From an uncultured Gammaproteobacteria bacterium (GTDB lineage: Bacteria > Patescibacteriota > Microgenomatia > Levybacterales > UBA12049), in NCBI GenBank assembly GCA_964611415.1, contig CAZSXQ010000004.1, positions 1 to 31,818 on the forward strand: DNA of 31,818 nt. The letters are read 5' to 3'. The stretch's first letter is position 1. Each line of letters begins with the position of its first letter. The notes below the pieces were generated by a model. The model made no database searches and was not told the DNA's origin. It saw nothing but the letters and a program-made list of their open reading frames with translations. A program made the translations under genes and the position numbers. This document shows, in pieces, positions 25,922-31,818 of this stretch.

Positions 25922-26469
25922 AGTTTCCTGATTCTAATGGATTCTTCTATTTCTTTTTGTATATAAATTTTTGTTGGCTTATCCTTCTCCGGCTGCCAAT
26001 CAAATTCTTCGGGTACAACTTGAAGGATTTGATTAAGCACTTCTTCGTGCTTAAGCGATGCGTTTTTTAGTATTTCTTCTTTTTCTTTTACCGGCTTTTT
26101 ATTCGAAGAGGCTTTGGCTAAACTTTCTCTGGTTTTCCGGAAATAAAGATTTGATTTTTCTAGCGCAACGTTCGCAAGTAAATACTGCTTATATTCAAAA
26201 AGTGTTTTTGATTCAACCAAATATTTATCTGAATATTTGAGATTGTAGTGATACCTAGCAAGATCTCCGAAATACCAATACGCTTCTGCTTTTTCATATA
26301 TTTGATGTATAAAATAAAACTTACTTCCTGGCATAGAAGAAGGATAAGGAAGAACATACTCCGAGGCGAAGGCATACTTTATGCCAGCGAAAAACAGAAA
26401 CAGGAACAATATTAAGAAAAGATAGAGCCGTATGTTATTAATTATGTTTTTTGTGAATGCCATTTCCAT
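25918..26469 (-). CDS. Exported/membrane-anchored hypothetical protein, DUF5667-like
   Basis: N-terminal hydrophobic helix then YVLPYPSSMPGSKFYF and a helical charged body; family call by recollection only. Confidence 0.6.
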   Translation of the reverse strand: MEMAFTKNIINNIRLYLFLILFLFLFFAGIKYAFASEYVLPYPSSMPGSKFYFIHQIYEKAEAYWYFGDLARYHYNLKYSDKYLVESKTLFEYKQYLLANVALEKSNLYFRKTRESLAKASSNKKPVKEKEEILKNASLKHEEVLNQILQVVPEEFDWQPEKDKPTKIYIQKEIEESIRIRKL

Positions 26470-27416
26470 GCGCTTTCGACAATATTTTTAAGATCTGAGT
26501 ATTTCGGGCTAAATCCGAGCTCGGCCTTAATTTTTGATGGGTCTGCAATTAGTCTATCTGAATCTCCCTCTCTTCTTTCCTTTTCTAGAATTTGGAGATC
26601 AAGCTTGGCCACTCTTTTTATCATTTCCAAAACTTCCCTATTTGATATTCCGTTCCCGGTTCCGACGTTATAGCTAAATCCGCCAGTCTCGTTTCTTATC
26701 TTCTCCAGTGCTAACAGATGAGACTCTACCAAATCAAGAACATGAATATAGTCACGGAGACAGGTTCCATCGGGTGTATTGTAATCCGTGCCGTAAAGGC
26801 TAAAAGCCTTCCCTTCCATAGCAGCTTTTATTGCTAATGGAATTATGTGTGTTTCCGGATCATGACTTTCCCCCATAGAGCCGTCTAATGCCCCACCGCA
26901 AGCGTTAAAATATCTTAAGGCAACATATGACATGTTGCTATTTTCCTTAGCTAAATTCTCTAGATTTTTCTCCGTATCAAGCTTGGTTTTACCATACGGA
27001 CTTGTTGGATTTTTATCGTGGTCTTCGGGTATAGGAATAGTCTTCGGATTACCATAAACAGCGGCAGTTGAAGAAAAAATAAATTTATTAGTGCCATTTT
27101 TAAGAGCATTTATAAATAGATTCTGAGACCCTTCTACATTATTTTCAAAATACATGTTCGGCTCTCTAACAGATTCCGCAACCGAAATATATCCTGCGAA
27201 ATGAAAAATGGCATCAAATCTATTTCCTTTAAAAAAATCGCCCATGAAAACTTTGTCTCTTATATCAGATTGTACAAAAAAAGCTCTCCCGTCAACATTT
27301 TTCCTGTCTCCCCTTTCTAAGCTATCTATAACTACTGCTTCATAGCCCCTATCCAAAAGAGCCTTAACCATAAAGCTGCCTATATATCCCGCTCCGCCAG
27401 TTACAAGTATTTTCAT
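26442..27416 (-). CDS. galE: UDP-glucose 4-epimerase
   Basis: MKILVTGGAGYIGS, HFAGYISVAES, FSSTAAVYG, PYGKTK, LRYFNACG, DGTCLRDYIHVLDL; true start 27416 gives an ATGA overlap with the upstream gene. Confidence 0.95.
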   Translation of the reverse strand: MKILVTGGAGYIGSFMVKALLDRGYEAVVIDSLERGDRKNVDGRAFFVQSDIRDKVFMGDFFKGNRFDAIFHFAGYISVAESVREPNMYFENNVEGSQNLFINALKNGTNKFIFSSTAAVYGNPKTIPIPEDHDKNPTSPYGKTKLDTEKNLENLAKENSNMSYVALRYFNACGGALDGSMGESHDPETHIIPLAIKAAMEGKAFSLYGTDYNTPDGTCLRDYIHVLDLVESHLLALEKIRNETGGFSYNVGTGNGISNREVLEMIKRVAKLDLQILEKERREGDSDRLIADPSKIKAELGFSPKYSDLKNIVESAWKWHSQKT

Positions 27417-28267
27417 CGACTTAAATATTTTATATAAGAAATAGGAAATCTTAAAGAAGAAAAAAATGAAAAGAGAAACCCTTGCCATGAGTCTTTAAAA
27501 CCTTTATGTCTTAGGAAAGTAAGCAAAAACCAATAAACAGGCTTTATAATTATGTAATTAATTCCAACAATTGGATTTTTAGAAAGTTTTTCGCTTTTAT
27601 ATTGAGAAGCGATAAAAGATGTATACCTATTATTTCTTTTTATGTATTTTCTAAAAGTAGGAGAATCGTAATGCAGGAGATCATTCCTTAACCAGCCAAC
27701 TCTTCCATCCACTACATATTGCTCATGCACATCTTTACAGGGAAGAAATGCTTTATCTTTTTTAAATAACCTTATAACTCCATCCGGATAAACTCCGCCA
27801 TACTTAAGATATCTTCCTAAGAAATAATTTGCTCTTGGAAAAAAGAATGCGGAATAAGGCTTATCCTCTTGACCGAGGGGCCCATCTCTCTTTTCTAAAA
27901 TAGCTTGATGCCTTCTAAAAAGCTTTGGGGTTTTCTCCTCATATTCCAAAATATCTTCGTCATTCATATTTATTATTTTTTTAACTTCTTCTCCCAAACT
28001 TTTACTTACGTACTCGTCTGCATCAAGTTGCAGCACCCAATCTTTCGTAGCTAAATCAATCGCTTTTTGTTTATTAATATGGAACATCTCCGGGTTTTCT
28101 CTTATTAAAACTTCTGCGCCAAATTCTCTCGCAATTTCAACTGTTCTGTCTGTTGATGAACCGTCCACCACAATTATTTCATCAGCAATATCTTTAACAG
28201 AATCTAGGCATCTTTTTATATTTCCCTCTTCATTGAAGGTAGCTAGCGCTACTGAAAGTTTTTTCAT
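27413..28267 (-). CDS. GT2 family glycosyltransferase (WaaE/KdtX-like beta-glycosyltransferase group)
   Basis: LSVALATFNEE, VVDGSSTDRT, LQLDADE, YPDGVIRLF, VHE. Confidence 0.9.
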   Translation of the reverse strand: MKKLSVALATFNEEGNIKRCLDSVKDIADEIIVVDGSSTDRTVEIAREFGAEVLIRENPEMFHINKQKAIDLATKDWVLQLDADEYVSKSLGEEVKKIINMNDEDILEYEEKTPKLFRRHQAILEKRDGPLGQEDKPYSAFFFPRANYFLGRYLKYGGVYPDGVIRLFKKDKAFLPCKDVHEQYVVDGRVGWLRNDLLHYDSPTFRKYIKRNNRYTSFIASQYKSEKLSKNPIVGINYIIIKPVYWFLLTFLRHKGFKDSWQGFLFSFFSSLRFPISYIKYLSR

Positions 28268-29964
28268 TTAGTTTCAACTATTACCAAACTGGTTTTACCG
28301 TTTAGGTAATTTATCTTAGATAGCACATTTAATTTTATAATTGGTACTTTTTTCCCATCAGCCAAGGCATAATAACGTTTGATATCTTCAAACTCGCTTA
28401 AGTTCATAATATATAACCGGTTTTTGGAGATTTTATCTCCTATATTTCCAAAGGTATACTTTCCTATTGTGTGCTCTACGTCATATCCTCCTGATATGGT
28501 GCCCCCGTTATCCTGGTATATTCCAGGATCATATTTATTAGAAAAAAGGTAGAACATATAGCTCTCAAAAAGTGCGTCTTTATTTGATACAACAATTTGT
28601 TTGTAATCCCCTTCCATGGTGCGTATTTGATTTAAGGCATTAATAACACCAAACTGAAATTGTTGAGACAGCTCTCTGGGGAGAAGGTAAAAATATGAGT
28701 GGAAAAACCATAAAACTGAAATTGTAGCTACCAGTAAAGAGGATGAAGCGAAAAGAAACTGCAATCTCTTTTCTTTTAGAAAAATTAGAATGGAGAGAAA
28801 TCCTATGGCAGCGAGTATTTGAGGAATTGGCAATAATGCATACGCTCTCATAGCGTGGGGATATCCTGTTGTAACGCTTCCCGGTAAAACTGCGATTAAT
28901 GCCCAAGAAGCGAGAAATAAAATACTCTTTATACTTATTCCGCTTCTTAACAAGAATAATAATGAAACAAAAATTAGAGGTAGCTCAAACAAATAAAGAA
29001 GTCCCAACGTTGGAGTTTTAAATGGATCTTCTCCTTCGTTGAAGAATAGCCAATTAGGGCTGAAATGAGAAAGGTGCGCGTTGGACAGAAGAAGAATTGA
29101 TGCCGCTTTTCTGTTATCAAAAACGTAGCCTAATAAATTGCCATCAGTTTTATCTTTAAAATATCTCTCCGAAACTTTTTCAAAGTATGCCGGAGAATTT
29201 CCCATCAAACTCGTTCCCTTAAACCTAATTAAAGCGTTATCATCAAAACTGCTGATGATAACAGGGATTATAATTAATACTCCAAGAAAACCTGCAATAA
29301 CAACATGCATCTTTGTCCTTAGGAGTTTTCTAAAATAAAGCAGAAAAAGAACTAATAATAAAATAGGAATGATTATCTTGCTACTCTGATATGCTGCAAA
29401 TGATAGAGCAAAAAAGATAGAAGACAGATAAATATTCCAATTCTTTTTATCTAAAAACCTAAAGAAAAAAAGGATTCCAAATATCAGGAAAGAAAATGAA
29501 GCATTTACCTCATGGCCTAAACGCGACAGATAGATATGCCAAGGAGAGATCGCAAACAAAAAAGTAGCAATAACCGGAATATCTAAATTAAGCTCTTTTA
29601 ACCTTATAGCTTTTGCTCCTTTAGTCAGCTCTTTAACAAGAAAATAAACTGCACCTACGGTTAATATCGACATAAGCACAGAAGGTAGTCTTACTGACAA
29701 AACATCTAAGCCGAATATGCTTATAAAGGGAATGACTAAATAGACGTAAAGCGCCGGTCTCCAATCGTCATAGGCGCGGAGCAATACTGGAATTCTTGTT
29801 CCGTATTCATCCGCTCCGGTATTAAGAATCGAATATGCATTATAACCTATAGACACCTCATCAAGCGTTGGCTGAGGCGGAACACCGGTTATATTATATA
29901 ATCTTAAAAAAGCCGCTAGCGCAATTATTAAAACCAAAAATATTTTATTTACACTTATTTTCAT
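28264..29964 (-). CDS. ArnT/PMT-like GT-C glycosyltransferase
   Basis: FLRLYNI...PTLDEVSIGYNAYSIL.TG.DEYG, DWRPALYVY, SPWHIYLSR..HE; many TM segments. Confidence 0.85.
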   Translation of the reverse strand: MKISVNKIFLVLIIALAAFLRLYNITGVPPQPTLDEVSIGYNAYSILNTGADEYGTRIPVLLRAYDDWRPALYVYLVIPFISIFGLDVLSVRLPSVLMSILTVGAVYFLVKELTKGAKAIRLKELNLDIPVIATFLFAISPWHIYLSRLGHEVNASFSFLIFGILFFFRFLDKKNWNIYLSSIFFALSFAAYQSSKIIIPILLLVLFLLYFRKLLRTKMHVVIAGFLGVLIIIPVIISSFDDNALIRFKGTSLMGNSPAYFEKVSERYFKDKTDGNLLGYVFDNRKAASILLLSNAHLSHFSPNWLFFNEGEDPFKTPTLGLLYLFELPLIFVSLLFLLRSGISIKSILFLASWALIAVLPGSVTTGYPHAMRAYALLPIPQILAAIGFLSILIFLKEKRLQFLFASSSLLVATISVLWFFHSYFYLLPRELSQQFQFGVINALNQIRTMEGDYKQIVVSNKDALFESYMFYLFSNKYDPGIYQDNGGTISGGYDVEHTIGKYTFGNIGDKISKNRLYIMNLSEFEDIKRYYALADGKKVPIIKLNVLSKINYLNGKTSLVIVETK

Positions 29965-31613
29965 TTTTCTATAATAATTATCGCAGGTTTTCCATTTAAA
30001 TAGTTAATTTTCTTTAGAATCTTTGCGCCCGCAGGAAAATCTCCGGGTCTTCCAATCAAAAGAGTCCCTTTCTCTTCATTTTGCCAATCTATATGACGGA
30101 AGCTGAATTTGCCATATCCTTTGTGCTCCTCCGCAAATCCTCCGCTAATAGTTCCCCCAGATTCTTGGTAAAGAACAGGGTCAAACTTCGTATAAAATAA
30201 GAAAAACATATACGATTGGTCTAGTGGCGCTTCGCTTGATACAATAATTTTTGAATATCTATCCTCAATTGGACTCATGTATTCTACTGCTTCTTTATAA
30301 CCATACTGCCAACTTTCAGAAAAATATTTATTCTGCTGAACAAAATATTGATTTAAATAGTAAATAAAATTAAAAGAGAAAACCAAAATAAAGATCAATA
30401 AAAGAAAATATTCTATGGGGATATTTAATAAGCGTCGTTTATTTTTCGATACATAATCCCAGGAATAAAAAATTCCAAGAGCGACAAATATTTGAAATAT
30501 TGGCAAGAAATTAATAGTCCTAACAGCATGAGGCACTCCGCTTGTAACAGATGCTGGGATTGGCGCGATAAGAAATATGATAAGAACAGTTAATTTTGAT
30601 TTAAGTGAAAAAGGCCAAAAAATAAGAATATAAATTCCAATTAAAAGAAATGGCAATTCAAACAAATACATAAGCCCCATAAAAGGCGCGTGATGTCTTT
30701 CTATGTCAGCTGTTATAAAAAGCCAATTAAAATTGTAGTGAGAGATATAGCCCGAAACGATTGCTTTTGCATACTCTAATCTTCTGTTATCAAGCACTAG
30801 GCCTAAATAATCATTGTTATTCTTGTCGTCTGCATATTTTAATGAATTATTCTTGAGGAATTGTGTCTGATCAGAAAAAACACTAACTCCTTTAGCGCGT
30901 AGTAATGAATTGCTGTCCGTAAATAAACCATAAACCATAGGAAGACAGATTAATGCCCCTGTTATGATAGAGACTCCAAGCCAGATTTTTGATACTCTTA
31001 ATAACTCTTTTCCGTAAATCAGGACGAGGAAAAAGAAAAGAATAGGGAGATAAACCTTTTCGCTTTGATAAATATAGACGCTGGCAGCTGCAAAAATTGC
31101 TGAGAGTACAAAAAAAACGTTTCTCCTAAGTCCTTTTAGAAAAAAGAGTAATGACAAAAGATTAAGCGAAAGACCTACCTGGGCTTCAAAAGCAATTCTT
31201 GAAAACTGGAGATGCCAAGGAGAAATAGCAAGTAAAAAAGCTGACAAAAGAGATATATGATCCTTATACTTATCCTGTCTGAAAAGCTCCTTTACTAAAA
31301 AATAGGTAGCAATGACCGCAATTACTCCAAATAAGGCACCCGGAAATCTAACAGCAAAAGTATTGAGTCCAAAAATACTTATAAACGGAATAATCAAATA
31401 AGCGTACAAAGCAGGTTTATAGTCATCGAAGGACCTGAGGATTAACGGGAAGGCTTTCCCGTACTCATCTTTTCCTGTTTGAATTAAAGAATAAGCATTA
31501 TATCCTAAAGAGGCTTCATCCCAAGTAAGGGAGGGGGGTAAAGAAGAAAGCAGATAAATTCGAAGGAATGCCCCTATAACGAGAATGAGGATAAGAGCTG
31601 TTATTCTTTTCAC
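29961..31613 (-). CDS. ArnT/PMT-like GT-C glycosyltransferase (tandem paralog)
   Basis: GTG start; FLRIY...LTWDEASLGYNAYSL.QTGKDEYG, DYKPALYAY, SPWHLQFSRIAFE. Confidence 0.85.
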   Translation of the reverse strand: MKRITALILILVIGAFLRIYLLSSLPPSLTWDEASLGYNAYSLIQTGKDEYGKAFPLILRSFDDYKPALYAYLIIPFISIFGLNTFAVRFPGALFGVIAVIATYFLVKELFRQDKYKDHISLLSAFLLAISPWHLQFSRIAFEAQVGLSLNLLSLLFFLKGLRRNVFFVLSAIFAAASVYIYQSEKVYLPILFFFLVLIYGKELLRVSKIWLGVSIITGALICLPMVYGLFTDSNSLLRAKGVSVFSDQTQFLKNNSLKYADDKNNNDYLGLVLDNRRLEYAKAIVSGYISHYNFNWLFITADIERHHAPFMGLMYLFELPFLLIGIYILIFWPFSLKSKLTVLIIFLIAPIPASVTSGVPHAVRTINFLPIFQIFVALGIFYSWDYVSKNKRRLLNIPIEYFLLLIFILVFSFNFIYYLNQYFVQQNKYFSESWQYGYKEAVEYMSPIEDRYSKIIVSSEAPLDQSYMFFLFYTKFDPVLYQESGGTISGGFAEEHKGYGKFSFRHIDWQNEEKGTLLIGRPGDFPAGAKILKKINYLNGKPAIIIIEK

Positions 31614-31623
31614 TTCTTTGGCA

Positions 31624-31646
31624 GTATAATGATATTATACATTATA
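31624..31646. promoter_or_regulatory. Compact bidirectional promoter region with three TATAAT hexamers
   Basis: TATAAT plus 31625-31630; minus 31634-31639 and 31641-31646; gtataat-gat-attatac inverted repeat; 47 bp gap between divergent genes. Confidence 0.55.
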
Positions 31647-31660
31647 GCCTGCAATTGAGA

Positions 31661-31818
31661 ATGTCATTTATCAAAAAGAATTTCCTATTGCTTTTGGTAA
31701 TCATTTTGGCCTCCCTTTTTAGATTAACAAACTTAGATCTTATCGAATTCAAAGCTGACGAGGGAATAAATTTATTCCTAGCTTCACGACCGGTTTTCGG
31801 CCACCCATTCCCTCCGGG
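31661..31818 (+). CDS. ArnT-like GT-C glycosyltransferase, N-terminal fragment (runs off window edge; not in ORF track)
   Basis: Manual translation MSFIKKNFLLLLVIILASLFRLTNLDLIEFKADEGINLFLASRPVFGHPFPP: TM helix, FRL, DE dyad as in the two neighbouring GT-Cs. Confidence 0.75.
   Translation, partial: MSFIKKNFLLLLVIILASLFRLTNLDLIEFKADEGINLFLASRPVFGHPFPP

Noticed and set aside
27417-27488. N-terminal extension of GalE in the ORF track
   Set aside because: Overlaps the upstream GT2; canonical MKILVTGG start at 27416 gives an ATGA overlap.
871-29338. Remaining 60-110 aa ORFs nested in or antisense to long CDS
   Set aside because: No recognisable motifs or independent start signals; expected by chance.
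1-31818. Alternative genetic code (TGA as Gly/Trp)
   Set aside because: Many full-length genes end at TGA in ATGA overlaps and translate intact with code 11.
1-31818. CRISPR array, tRNA/rRNA, transposase, integrase or defence genes
   Set aside because: No spaced direct repeats, structured RNA genes or relevant motifs seen; intergenic gaps are all under about 175 bp.

Overview
AT-rich window (roughly one third GC by eye) almost entirely filled by a surface-glycan biosynthesis locus of about 30 CDS, mostly on the minus strand and tightly coupled by 1-22 nt overlaps. Contents: (i) a CDP-sugar module (rfbF, rfbG, NDP-hexose C-methyltransferase, SDR reductase, split transketolase-like pair, methyltransferase, GT2) plus an opposite-strand RfbH/ColD-type 3-dehydratase homologue with His in place of the PLP Lys and no Fe-S ligands; (ii) a Wzx flippase module with GT2/GT4s, a second RfbG-like SDR and fcl; (iii) a stand-alone STELLO/DUF288-like gene with a perfect sigma70 promoter; (iv) six GT-C-type integral membrane glycosyltransferases with galE and a DUF5667-like protein; (v) a GC-richer degenerate HD-fold gene between two paralogous GT2 genes. 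Two edge-truncated genes absent from the ORF track were found by manual translation (1..347 minus, 31661..31818 plus). Gene style (multiple ArnT-like GT-Cs, DUF5667-like, few SD sites, TGA used as stop) suggests a Patescibacteria/CPR genome, possibly Microgenomates; this is inference only. Best candidate for a new system: an Fe-S-independent route to a branched-chain 3,6-dideoxy sugar feeding a GT-C-based surface glycosylation machinery. All family assignments are from motif recognition by eye; no database search was run.
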